Shown: positions 1 through 12,314, numbered from the stretch's first letter. The stretch is 64,000 bases of DNA from Octopus sinensis (GCF_006345805.1 NC_042997.1:22072001-22136000), one strand, 5' to 3'. A program made the numbers and translations. Notes: generated from the sequence alone by a model not told the origin.

Positions 1-984
1 TGAGGGTTCTGCAGCTTCTTGATGAACAACCTACACAAAGCATTTTGTAGTGATCAAATGTTTGTAGTGTATATTAGTTCAAACACTCCATCAAATCGAC
101 ATTGCTTGTACAGGTGCATAGGGTTCCACATGCTAGATGTCGAAATATTTGCAGAGTAACGTGAGATGGGATGTTTTGCTCAAAAACAGAGGAATTGAAA
201 CGACGGTTTTCCGATGAGTGCAATACCCGAACTGCTATATACATATACATACAAACATATATATTCATATGATTTATATACACACTCAAACACACACACA
301 CGCACGCACTCACACACATACACACACATGCATACATACATACATACATACGTACATACATCTACGTGCGTGCGTGTGTGCTTGTGCCTGTGTGCGCGCA
401 TGCATGACCGAATTAACCATGTGTTTAGAATATGAAAAGAAATAGAGCACCACATAGTTGTAAGTAAATTATATGCTCCTATTGCTTACTACTAAGTGTG
501 TGAATTAAATAAAAATATAAACCTTATATTCATTCAATAAACATTTGTGGGCTTGGGTTGGGAAAACAACTGTATTTTTCATTCATATTTTTTCACGTTC
601 AGCGCTTCTGTCATATTATCTTGTCTCTAAGGTAACGGAAGGGTCAGAGCGCTATTGCTTGGCTATAGTAAAAGCTTCAGCATACTTTAATCTGACTGTG
701 TGATTCAAGTATGTTCAAGTCACTAATTATTTGCTGAAAGATTGAACTTAGAAGTATTCGCGTTACATGCGAGTCTTTTGTGTGGGGTAAAATTCCAGAA
801 ATGTTTAACTTGCAAAATAGTCAAATAGTTTTCTATTTAAATAAACTCGCTGAAGTTTTCATATAGTTGCTAAGGTAAAAGTTTAAGACGTTATCTCGTA
901 GAAGTATATAAATAAAGATACTTTCCCCTTACCACTGCTGTCACAGTGGTTATTTTTCATTTTTTAAAAATGTTTACTCTCATT

Positions 985-1120
985 CTTTCACTCAATCATT
1001 TGATTGTCGCCATTTTGGAACACCGCCTTAAAGAGTTTTAGTCGAAGAAATCGACCTTAGGACTTATTCTTTGTAAACCTAGTGCTTATTCTATCCGTCT
1101 CTTTTGCCGAAGCGCTATGT
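985..1120 (-). mobile_element. Fragment of tRNA-derived SINE family B (3' half)
   Basis: Matches the 3' half of the fuller copies at 7293-7696 and 37514-37903 (aggacttattctttgtaa..tagtgcttattctatc..tcttttgccgaa). Confidence 0.8.
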
Positions 1121-1160
1121 TACACACACAAAGATACACACAAACACACATAGATGTATT

Positions 1161-1207
<47 letters not shown>

Positions 1208-1216
1208 TATATATAT

Positions 1217-2247
1217 AAATAAAACATATGCATATATACATACATATATGTACTACCTACCTCAACATGTATATATACATGCATATATGGGTACAGGACA
1301 CCAAAAAAACGTCGAACACAATGAGAAACGAAAACATAAACACAAAACCGAGGAAATGGACATTTTTTTAAACAACGAAAAAATAGAGTACAGGACATAT
1401 TTCCCCTTCTTCAGTCGCCTTAATTTCATCTACTCCACGTTCCGTAGGTCAGGCGATACATGACTTCAATGAAATTTTCCTTCGCGCGGAAATCAAATTA
1501 AATAAAATTTGAGATTTTTTTGCGGAGGGGTAAAAATGGTAACAAAAACAGGACAGTAACGACAGTACAAAATATAAACAGGACAACGGAGAATAACAGT
1601 AACACAAACAAGGAGGGCTGTTAAGCCAAACGAGATAAATTTTTTTTACGAACGCTGTTCTTTGGGATCGGCAGAGCAACAGATTTTACCGTCCCTACTT
1701 GGAGGAAACTGGAGAAGAAAAGACAGAAATAGGCATCTCATCACGTGACCGCGACGGGACGGAGAAGGAGGAGTAAGAGAAAGGGAGAGAAAAAATGGGG
1801 ATGGTGGTAGAGAAAAGAATGAAGAATGAGAGAAAGAGGGAGAGACAGTAAGGTAGAAGAATGGGAAAGCCAAAAGAATGAAGGCTGAGAAAGGGAGGGG
1901 GAGAGAAAGGTTAAGAGTGCGCATCAGTATTAATATTAAGAACAATCTTACTTAGAAATGGATGCGTGCGTTCAGTCATATATAAATAAATAAATAAATA
2001 AATAAAACATATACATACATACATACATATATGTACGTACCTACCTCTACATGTATATATACACGCATATATGGGTACAGGACACCAAAAAAACGTCGAA
2101 CACGCTGAGAAACGAAAACATAAACACAAAACCGAGGAAATGGACATTTTTTTAAGCAACGAAAAAATAGAGTACAGGACATACAAACAAGGACAATTCC
2201 CCTTCTTCAGTCGCCTTAATTTCATCTACTCCACGTTCCGAAGGTCA
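1217..2247 (-). mobile_element. Unclassified element with ~230-bp direct terminal repeats (1217-1451 and 2001-2247), possibly pseudo-LTR type
   Basis: Two similar repeats sharing gggtacaggacaccaaaaaaacgtcgaacac...ccccttcttcagtcgccttaatttcatctactccacgttccg flank a ~550-bp interior. On the minus strand each starts TGACC and ends in a TA/TTTA microsatellite. Confidence 0.55.
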
Positions 2248-2270
2248 TATCACCGTGACCGACCAGGCTC

Positions 2271-2510
2271 TTAAATGTTGCCACACATCGCTGGTCACAA
2301 TGCGCTTCGCATTGTTTTAGCCTTCAGATGCCGCCACCCTGCTGGCTAAGCGAGCAGGCCAACAGAAGAATGAGTGAGAGAAAGTTGTGGCGAAAGAATA
2401 CAGCAGGGATCGAAACCCACCCACCCTGCCAGAGCCTCGTGGAGCTTTTAGGTGTTTTCGCTCAATACAAACTCACAACGCCCGCTGCCCTAATCACTGG
2501 TCCATTGCGC

Positions 2511-2511
<1 letters not shown>
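2271..2511 (-). mobile_element. tRNA-derived SINE, family C, internally deleted head
   Basis: Minus strand begins GGCGCAATGGACCAGTGATTAGGGCAGCGG (A-box-like tRNA 5' end) followed by a GC-rich repeat body. Confidence 0.6.
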
Positions 2512-2595
<84 letters not shown>

Positions 2596-2601
<6 letters not shown>

Positions 2602-3011
2602 GTTAAAGAGGACAACAAACGTTAAGGCAAGGCAAGCATCTCAAGTCATATACTTTATTATCATTGGAAAAATATTCAAAGTCTTATAAGGTACAGGACA
2701 TTAACCTACGTGGATTTATGCAGGATTGCACCTAAGGACTTGGGGACATTTTCTACAAGATCGGAAAGTTGGACTGTGAACTTTTATGCTTCTGTTTTTC
2801 TTCTCTTTCTTCATCTCTTTATTCCTTTACTCTTGTCCTCTGTGTCGTTATTTCAATAATCTATACCCTTCTCATTTTACCTATTTGTTTCCATGACGGA
2901 CTATCCCATACTGTGGGATATCCCAGAAATAGCTGTAAGACTTTGATTTATTTTCCAATCGTAATAATGTTTGCCTTACCTTAACGTTTGTTGTCCTCTT
3001 TAGCAATTATA
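2596..3011. mobile_element. MITE with long imperfect terminal inverted repeats
   Basis: tataattgttaaagaggacaacaaacgttaaggcaaggcaagca (2595-2638) is inverted at 2968-3011; similarity continues to ~2690/2933. Flanked by TA. Confidence 0.75.
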
Positions 3012-3210
3012 TATCCACTATATCGGAAATCTGCAATGGTTCCATAACTAACGTCTCGGCTATAACCTTGGAGCCGTAGTAATCCGTTACAGCACTTACC
3101 TAGCGTACCTAGTCGTTTAGATCACCTGTGAACTAAACCCCCATATGTTATATATATACATATGTATATGTGTGTATGTATATAAATATTCATATATGTA
3201 TGTATGTATG

Positions 3211-3241
<31 letters not shown>

Positions 3242-3374
3242 CAGTCAAGATTCCTCCCTCCGGAGGAGATAATTTAAGTTATTATGTTCGAGAAGACATT
3301 TTAATATCGTCTGAAAGAAAATTAATTTGGCTCATTATACAAAGGAAATTTTCATTCTTGGAAAATAGACTCAC

Positions 3375-3494
3375 TATGAAGAAACTGCCTATCGCTTCAT
3401 TTTCCATGGCTTCCGTCTGAATAGAAAGGGTTTGATCAATAACAAAATTGCTATTCAGTGGTAGAGTATCTAAGCCAACATAAAATTTGTTTTC
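3375..3494 (-). CDS. Candidate internal coding exon, product unknown (ENKFYVGLDTLPLNSNFVIDQTLSIQTEAMENEAIGSFFI)
   Basis: 120 nt, phase 0/0, open frame, CAG acceptor with a CCTTAAC branch-like site, GTGAGT donor. No homology recognised. Confidence 0.4.
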
Positions 3495-3561
3495 CTGCCA
3501 ATATGCAAACGTTAAGGAGTTCAAAAATGTTAAACATACTCACTTCTTGTCATCCACTTAC

Positions 3562-3626
3562 TTCCATTGCTATACTTCTTAGTTCGAATTTTACTGATCT
3601 TAAAAATAATGGAGCTATATAACGGC
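3562..3626 (-). CDS. Candidate coding exon upstream of 3375-3494 (xRYIAPLFLRSVKFELRSIAME)
   Basis: CAG acceptor, GTAAGT donor; a 67-nt intron joins it in frame to the 3375-3494 segment. Confidence 0.35.
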
Positions 3627-4202
3627 CTGATTTTGCGTTGAAGGGTGAGGGGCAAAAGTTGCATGGGTTAGTTTGCGTAACGTATTATAGAATGGTTTTC
3701 ACATAACCCGCTGCATTTTTTTTTTCAGTTGCATTACCTTAAGGCGTTGCTGTAATTTTTGTCGTCTATGAGGAAGAAGCCATAACAGCGCTTCAAGATA
3801 ACGTAATTGAAGAGAAAAATTACAGCAGGTTATGCGAAGGTAATTTTTAAAAAAAGGTTTTGCTTACAATAGTCTCCATTCCGACACATCAACAAAACTA
3901 AAGCTATTAAGTTGACGTGCCACGTATGGGATTTGAAGACCAACTGCACGACACATACAATCAAGTGGAAAATCGTAGAGAAATCTATGCCAAAAATTAA
4001 CAGCAATACCGTAACCGGTAGACCATACGCCTGCACACACACACACACAAACACACAAACACACAAAAACAAACACACATATACACACACATATATACAC
4101 ATATACACACATGTACACATATACATGCATACACATTTACATGTTTATATATATGTGTATAAATATATATATGTCTCTCTCTCTCTCTCTCTCACTATAA
4201 TG

Positions 4203-5731
4203 TTGAGTCATCCCATAAATAATGCGGATTTTTCATTTGCATGAACTAAAATTCGTAGGGAGATGGGATAAACTACCTGTAGTAATTTTACCTCATTATT
4301 TTTTCAAAGCTATAATGGAAGTGACAAAGGAGCATATTTGGTATATTTTGCTTTATGAGTTCAATGAAGGCAACAACGCAATGGAAAGTGCATGGGATAT
4401 CAATGCAGTATATGGGGATTGGACAATAAGTGTAACCCAGTGTCAACAGTGGTTCCAGAAATTCTGAGCCAGAAACTACAGCCTAGAATACAAGCCTCAT
4501 CCTGGAAGATCTGTAGAGCTCGACGAGGAGGCTCTGCAAACCTTGGTGGAACAAAATCCCATCGTAACTAGCAGAGAAGCTTGGATTTGATCATTCAACC
4601 ATGCATCGACACCTGCGTGCCAACGGAAAAGTCAGTAAGTTGGGTCAATGGGTTCCTCACAAACATTCCGAGTCTAATCGCGCGCAGAGAGTGAATGTGT
4701 GCTCTTCTTTGCTGTCACGTCTCACCAATGAACCTTTTTGGGGATCGAATAGTGACTGGTGATGAGAAATGGGTTCTCTATAAAAATGTCAAGCGCCGAA
4801 GACAGTGGGTAGGGAAAGGGGAAACACCGGCACCCCAGGCTAAAGAAGATCTTCACTCACGTAAGGTGTTATTGTTTGTTTGGTGGAATATGAAAGATTT
4901 AATCCACTTTGAACTTTTAAACCTAAGCTAAACGATAACAAAAGCGATCTACTGCGAGTAGCTTGAGCGGCTTAAGTGAGCGCTAGAAGAAAAACGACTA
5001 TCTTTGCTGACAAGACGGAAAATGTTCTTCCATTAGGATAATGCTCGGCCACATTCAGCGAGGATGACATTCCAAAGACAGGAGCAGTTTGAATGGGAAA
5101 CGATGCCCCACCCATCATATTCGCCGGACGTTGCCCCATCTGATTATCATTTCTTCCGCATTCTTGAAAATAATTTAGACGGCAAAAATATTAATTCTGT
5201 AGAACAGTACTGAAGGAGTATTTTTCGTCACGGATAAGTGAATTTTGGAAGAATGGCATTGCAAGTCTACCAGATAGATGGAAATGAAGGAGAGTACTAC
5301 TACTATGGCAATCCCTCAAGGTCGAGGATGATGGTCTTCGCGCAAATTTATTGGTGAGTCCGCAGGTGACTGATAAGACCAATTCTTGCTCGAAAAGATC
5401 GGTCACAGTGCAGACATCTAGTGCCGGAAGGGAGAGTCGCACGTGGTTGTTGTTGGCGCTCCTTCCGTCGTCGTCTTTTCTCCTCCAGCTCTGCAGACCT
5501 TTTCGACTCGAAATTCGCCGTTCCCTCAGGGATGGTGGTTTTCCAGAGTGATCTGTTTTTTGCCGTTTCCTCCCAGTTGGTGAAGTCAATGTCACACTTT
5601 TTGAGGTTCGATTTCAGGGAGTCCTTGTAATGTTTCTTCTGGCCTCATATTTTAGATTAAAGAAGAACTTTGTTTATCTAAATTTTGCAAAATAACTGTA
5701 AAGAAAATGCATTATTTATGGAATGGCCCAG
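4203..5731 (+). mobile_element. Mariner-type (DD34D) DNA transposon with a dead transposase
   Basis: Imperfect TIRs ttgagtcatcccataaataatgc / gcattatttatggaatggcccag followed by TA. Transposase from 4315 (MEVTKEHIW..) with IVTGDEKW, DNARPH and YSPDVAPSDYHFF motifs; stops and frameshifts. Confidence 0.93.
5292..5630 (-). mobile_element. 5'-truncated RTE-clade LINE 3' end inserted in the mariner
   Basis: Minus strand HYKDSLKSNLKKCDIDFTNWEETAKNRSLW, then C2H2 finger CLHCDRSFRARIGLISHLRTHQ* (5348-5416), a short UTR and a (TAG)n tail. Confidence 0.88.
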
Positions 5732-6146
5732 TATACGCATACATATATATGTATGATAATATATATATGTATGCATATGTAATATATATGAATGCTATAA
5801 AGACGTATTTTCAGTAAAATTCAGTAATCCGTGTTTATATATATATATATAGAGAGATAGATAGAAAACAGACAGATAGACAGACAGACAATCAAACAGA
5901 CAAGTAGGCACTCAGGCAGTCACGCAGATATAAGACTGACAGATAAATAAGTACAAGACTGAATATTTGAGAAATATTTAACGCATAGCCTCGAAGTTTT
6001 TTTACTGTATAAAAAATATATTGCCAATATATGTCTATATGTAAGTATATATGCGTATGTGTGTGTGTGTGTGCATGTTAAAGACATACTTTGAGGGTTG
6101 GGAGATTAAAAAATAACCCATATATATATATGTATGTATGTATACG

Positions 6147-6186
<40 letters not shown>

Positions 6187-6435
6187 GTCGCAGTCAAATA
6201 ACTGAAACAAGGAAAACAATAAAAGAATATATATATATATATGTGTATGTATGTATGTATGTATGTATGTATGTATGTATGTATGTATGTATGTATATAA
6301 TTTATATAGATATATATAGCCAATGTTTTTATATTTTCTCATTTATAATTTGATACACTTTCATAAATTTTTGCTTCACGGATCGTAAAACATTATGAGA
6401 AAATAAAAATAAACATTTCCATATATGTCTATATA

Positions 6436-6476
<41 letters not shown>

Positions 6477-6658
6477 TATATATACGTTTAAATATTTCTT
6501 GTGCAAGATTTTTTATGTGGCTAAACTGGCAATATGACCATTCCGAAATATATATATATATATACTTGTAAATATTTATGTACACGCATGCATACATATA
6601 TACATAAAATTACATATATGTGTGCATATATATGCAATGTGTGTGTATATATATAATA

Positions 6659-6693
<35 letters not shown>

Positions 6694-6850
6694 CATATAT
6701 ATATATACATATATATATATATACATAGATATATATGTATGTGAGTATATAAATACACACACACACAACATATATATGTATATGCATGGATGTGTATGTA
6801 TATATGTATGTACATATATGTGTGTGAGTGTGAGTGTGTGTGTGTATGTG

Positions 6851-6907
<57 letters not shown>

Positions 6908-7292
6908 ACATATATATAGATAGATATGTATATACGTATAATATATATGTATGTATGTATGATTCGTTACTAATATTTATGCCTTACACACGATAGATAT
7001 TTTAATATTGGTTCTTTCAGTGAAATACAAATTGTGAAATATAACATTGTGGTTTTTTGCAGCGCAGAAGAACATTATATAGCACAGAATGCCAGAAGTA
7101 TTGTGAAAATTTTTTGTAATGATTTGAATGGGCCCAAAATTAACGTGAATACTAATTTATTTTCTCTTGTAATTACATACCCGAAAGTAGAGAACTATAC
7201 CCTCTGCCTTCACAGAACTCTCGGACTGAGGACGTTGTTGTTGTTTAATCCCAAGTCTACTAATAATGTTCAATGAAGAATGAAGAATTAAA

Positions 7293-7458
7293 CAGGCTGT
7301 GTGGTAAGTAGCTTGCTTACCAGCCATATGGCTCCGGGTTCAGTCCCACTGCGTGGCACCTTGGACAGGTGTCTTCTACTATAGTCTCGGACCGACCAAA
7401 GCCTTGTGAGTCGATTTTGTAGACAGAAACTGATAGAAGCCTGTCGTATATATGTATA

Positions 7459-7489
<31 letters not shown>

Positions 7490-7696
7490 CTGTGTGTGTC
7501 TGTGTATGCCCCCCCCTCCCAACATCGCTTGATGTTGGTGTGTTTTCGTCCCCGTAACTTAGTGGTTCGGCAAAACAGACCGATAGAATAAGTACTAGGC
7601 TTACAAAGAATAACTCCTGGGGTCGATTTGCTCGACTAAAAGGTGCTGCTCCAGCATGGCCGCAGTCAAATGATTGAAACAAGTAAAAGAGTAAAA
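7293..7696 (+). mobile_element. tRNA-derived SINE family B, near full length, with internal (TA)n(TG)n microsatellite
   Basis: A-box-like GGCTGTGTGG, B-box-like GGTTCAGTCCC, ending ccagcatggccgcagtcaaatgattgaaacaagtaaaaga; several further copies in the window. Confidence 0.9.
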
Positions 7697-8487
7697 GCGT
7701 AAAAGCGGCCTCAGCTATCTTCAAATGAAAAAAGAACAAACTAGAAACGATGTAATTCAGTTCTACCATATAAAGAAGTTTTATGTACAGGATGCGAGAG
7801 TAAAACCTTCCATATTTCACACGGCCTTTATTGTGGTGCTGTTGAAGTTAGGTATGTTGTTATGATGTCTTCATGTGGATAATGCCTTACCCTCTTTTAA
7901 AATGGTAAACTACATTTTTTTTCTGTTGAAACGTTTATGAAAAATGGTGAATCTAAGCGTTTTCTGTTGCACGTTGTTTATTTACTTCATTTGCAAAAGT
8001 AACACGCAATAGAGAAATATGAGAACACTAATTAATGAGAACAAGTGATTGACATTTTTCCTTCCCTTGCATGTTAAATAAACTCTGATATAGCTAAAAT
8101 ATTGTATTCACTCATTTAGACGTTAGGTACTAACAGTCTATGTCACAAACTAATTAAATTTAAATAAAGCTAAAGAAGCTCAAAAGTGAAAGAAAAAGCA
8201 TCTTATTTCTGACATAGAAAACATGAAATTGTTTTCACAATGCGGTTACAAAATAAATTCGGAAAATCTCTTTCAATATACGTAAATGGACTCCGGCATA
8301 GCTGTGCGGTTAAGAATTCCCTTCCCAAACAAATGATTTCTGGTTCAGTGTTATTGCACGGCAGTTTCTACAATAGTCTCGGTTTGTCCAATATTTTGTG
8401 AGTATCAATCTATTTTATTTCTCTCTTATATCTCTATTTAATATCTCTCTCGTCACTCCGCTCCTCTCTCACTCATCTATCTCTCTG

Positions 8488-8523
<36 letters not shown>

Positions 8524-8659
8524 GTCTATGATCATCTCAAAACTCTATAGTTACATATATTACATAATAATATAGCAATACTCTTGAGATTTAATATCGA
8601 GAAAGCAAGTGTAACTTTATGTTAGAGAACGACTTGACCACTCCATTCTCTATGTGGAT

Positions 8660-8727
<68 letters not shown>

Positions 8728-8849
8728 AATGTATGTATGTATGTATGTATGTATGTATGTATGTATGTATGTATGTATGTATGCATGTATGTACATATAG
8801 GCCTGTGTCTGTGTGTGTATGTGACAGTGGGTGGGAAATATTCATATGT

Positions 8850-9160
8850 GAAGGCGAATGGCTTATAGGCTTGGATATTCGGCTCATGATTGTAAGGTCG
8901 TGAGTTCAATTTCTCGCGGTGCGTTGTATCATTGCACTAGACACTTTATTTCACGTTGCTCCAGACTTCTCAGCTGGCAAAAATTAGTAGTACCTGGATT
9001 TCAAGGGTCAGCAGCCATTTTGTGTTATCCTGAATCTCTCCGAGAAATACGCACGGGTGCGTATCTGTGGAGCGCTCAGCCACTTACACGTTAATTTCAC
9101 GAGCAGACTATTTCATTGATCGGATCAATTAGAAACCGCGTCGTGAACGACGAAGTGTCA
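8850..9160 (+). mobile_element. tRNA-Met-like SINE family D, diverged copy
   Basis: ggctcatgattgtaaggtcgtgagttcaa head and tttcacgttgctccag..ctcagctggcaaaaa body shared with 57444-57770. Confidence 0.85.
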
Positions 9161-9287
9161 GTTATGTGTGCGTATCTGTACCTGTTGTTACAAGGGAGCA
9201 GAAAAGGCTAGTAACAACAGCCTCTTTGTTGATATTTGTCTACACCATGTTTCAGACACCCCATTGCCACTCTCACTGTTGGAAATA

Positions 9288-9387
9288 NNNNNNNNNNNNN
9301 NNNNNNNNNNNNNNNNNNNNNNNNNNNNNNNNNNNNNNNNNNNNNNNNNNNNNNNNNNNNNNNNNNNNNNNNNNNNNNNNNNNNNNN
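9288..9387. other. Assembly gap (100 N, true size unknown)
   Basis: Run of 100 N. Confidence 1.
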
Positions 9388-10185
9388 TCGACTACAGTCT
9401 GCAGCTGTTATAGAATGTGTCTTTTACCTCATCCTCTGCATCCGTTGTAGGTGCATACACGTGGATGACTGTTAGTTTAATGAATTTGGAATAAAATCTG
9501 ACTGTGATGATTCTCTCATTCACGGGTTTCTATTCCATGAGTGCCGATTCAGCAGCTTTGGACATCATAAAAGCTACTCCACTGCGGTGTATCTCGTCTT
9601 CTCTGTCAGAATAGATGAGAGTTTCCCCTGTGCTAAGCTTCATTTTTACCAAAACCAGTCCATCTACACTCACTAATTCCTAGAACATTGTTGTATGTTT
9701 TCATGACTTTAACAACTTGAGCAGTTTTCCCGATCACGTACATTGTTCTGACATTCCAATTTAAATCATATGCATATACATATGATTTAAAATTTATTTT
9801 GGTTTTGCAAGTGACTATTTCGATCACTGGGTTTCCTTGCGGCTTTGGCCCAACAATGTCATTATGCTCTGGTCATACAAGAATCTGATGCTATCGCCAT
9901 CTGGTACTTGTTAAGTCTCATTTTCAAAGCCTGGTTTCGTACGGTATGAACTTTCTCTTTGATCGCTTCTGGTTTCTGTTAATAAGTGCTTTTTTTTTTA
10001 CGAGAATTGGTTATTAGCCCATTGCTCAACCCCACTAACCTGGAGAACCAGTGGACTATTCTGTGTCTGACTTCTACCCGTCGACCTTACTGCCTTAAGT
10101 TACCCTACCAGGAGTACAAGACTCATGACGGCATAGCTCTTCAAGTTATCGAAGCACGCAAACACACCCACCAACGTTAAGATGA
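9388..10185 (-). mobile_element. RTE-clade LINE 5' UTR and AP-endonuclease region, running into the gap
   Basis: Minus strand WNVRTM..GKTAQV, LGISECRWTGFGK, TGETLIYS, VNERIITVRF, VYAPT. 5' UTR contains gagctatgcc..ctcctggtagggt as in RTE leaders. Some stops. Confidence 0.88.
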
Positions 10186-10219
10186 TAGCCCACGGGGGTG
10201 CATGTATGTATGTATATAA

Positions 10220-10268
<49 letters not shown>

Positions 10269-10371
10269 TGTATGTATGTATGTATGTATGTATGTATGTA
10301 TGTATGTATGTGTATATGTAAGTATGTATGTATGTGTGTGTGTCTTGTGTGTATATACAATATATATATAT

Positions 10372-10443
<72 letters not shown>

Positions 10444-10674
10444 TAGATATATATATACAGAGAGAGAGAGAGAGAAGAACAAATATAGGAATATGAAATG
10501 AATGCCACACAATATAAGTAATTGATTTATTAAAATTACCTCAGTTTTTTTTATTTACCAAATGACAATTAAGACGACTTCCATATGAAAAGAGATAATC
10601 TTCAAGAATTCTCCATAGTTGACGTGCTTTTAAAGAAAAGGACAATTTTATTGTCTGAAAATGAGGGGATAGTT

Positions 10675-10713
10675 ATATACACGTGTTTCTGCCTCAATAT
10701 GCTTCATCAGCAC
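10675..10713 (-). ncRNA. Degenerate minimal type I hammerhead-like motif
   Basis: Minus strand GTG-CTGATGA-A-GCATattgAGGC-A-GAA-ACACGTGT-A-TAT: canonical core, palindromic stem III, GUA triplet, weak stem I. Confidence 0.45.
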
Positions 10714-12074
10714 GCAATCATTCTAACTTATCTCCAGCCACCCAAGGGCTTAGACGTATGCAAAAGCAGTTGAACATATTTATAGTCTAGGTAATCTGCA
10801 TAATTTAAACAAAGAGAAAAGTGGCCAGTAGCATGTACTATGTTGTTAAAAAGGATTGTTTTTATCTGTCAATTTTGACATTTTTCCATCAGAAATATAG
10901 TGAGCCATTGATTGGTATCTTGGAAACAATAGCTAACGGCATTATTGTTCTCAAATGTATGACATAAAAAATGACTGTAATAATAAATTTTGACTCATTA
11001 GTTACACTTCTGATTAGACAAGTGAGTAATAATAGTTATTTTCAGTTATTGACTAAAGGACACAAGAGTATTAATCTTCTCTAGTGACACAACACTGTGT
11101 GTATTGAGAATTTTAAACTCGTGATCTTTTTCTGTCGACATATGTCAGACACAAAGTTTTTCAAAGCTAATAAATACCACAGTATACCATAGAAATATAG
11201 GATGCATTGGACAATGTAGCCTTAGACTTACTGTTTGAATAAAAGATGATTGATCATAGCTAGAACGCCTTTTGATCAATGGTCTGCTCGACCATTGCAG
11301 GACCAGGACTGAACAACAGTTAGTGATTTAGGTACAGAAAATTTGAGGGGAGGGTTTAGTCAATGCCATCGTCCCAGTACTTGACAGGTACTTTATTTTA
11401 TGGAACTTGAAAGGATAAAAGACAAAGTTGGCATCGGCGAGATTTGAAATCAGAATGCAAAGAGCCAGAAGAAATACCACAAGCCTTTTTTGCGGCGCTC
11501 TAACGATTCTACCAGCTCACCGCTTTTGCATAGTTAGATATTAACAACTGTCAGTAATTCCACTGCCTCTTACAGCATCAAATAAAATATCTTCTCCACT
11601 TTGAAGTGTTCAACCTATGTCTGACTTCGCCTGTTTCTCCTGTCTATTGTGAAAGTGATATAAAATATGAATACACTGGGACATATTCCAAACAAATGAA
11701 AGAAGATTGGATCAGATTATTTATTGATGTTATCCTGTATACTTTCGGCTGATTTACATTAGCAGGTATTCTTCACCTTGCTACCACTAGCATATCCGTT
11801 CTTTTCTCTTACTTTCTTTTCCTGCGTACATTGTTTCAGTGTTCTATCTTTGACCTTTCTTTATTCCACCGTTTCACAGTCGTGTCTGGAACGCCTACAG
11901 TTGTAGTCTGGACAACTTGGTTTAAAATTAATCATAACAGATTTTGACAATTTAGTTAATGTTCTACTGCGTTCTTATAAACTGGACTAGTTTCAATAAT
12001 ACATTCAACCACACATTTATGAACACACGCACAGATATGTGTATTTATGTGTGTTCATTTATATTTGTACGTAT

Positions 12075-12314
12075 CAATAGGAGGGGTTTTTGTTGCTTGT
12101 TGGTGGTGATCTGTTTGCTAGTTACTGGTGTTTTGTTTGCTTGTTGGTGGTGTGCTGTAGTTTATAGACAAATCCTCTCACCATCTGAAGCACACAATAG
12201 GAGGGGTTTTTGTTGCTTGTTGGTGGTGATCTGTTTGCTAGTTACTGGTGTTTTGTTTGCTTGTTGGTGGTGTGCTGTAGTTTATAGACAAATCCTCTCA
12301 CCATCTGAAGCACA
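12075..12314. repeat. Perfect tandem duplication, 2 x 120 bp
   Basis: 12075-12194 and 12195-12314 are identical by eye. Confidence 0.95.

Noticed and set aside
1408-2210. CTGAAGA on the minus strand in both direct repeats (1408-1414, 2204-2210) as hammerheads
   Set aside because: No closing stem II followed by GAAA, so the core is incomplete.
5348-5416. C2H2 zinc finger as part of the octopus ZNF expansion
   Set aside because: Single finger at the C-terminus of an RTE ORF, followed by the RTE UTR and (TAG)n tail.
7791-7851. 61-nt plus-strand AG..GT segment open in two frames
   Set aside because: Too short to exceed chance, with no in-phase neighbours found.
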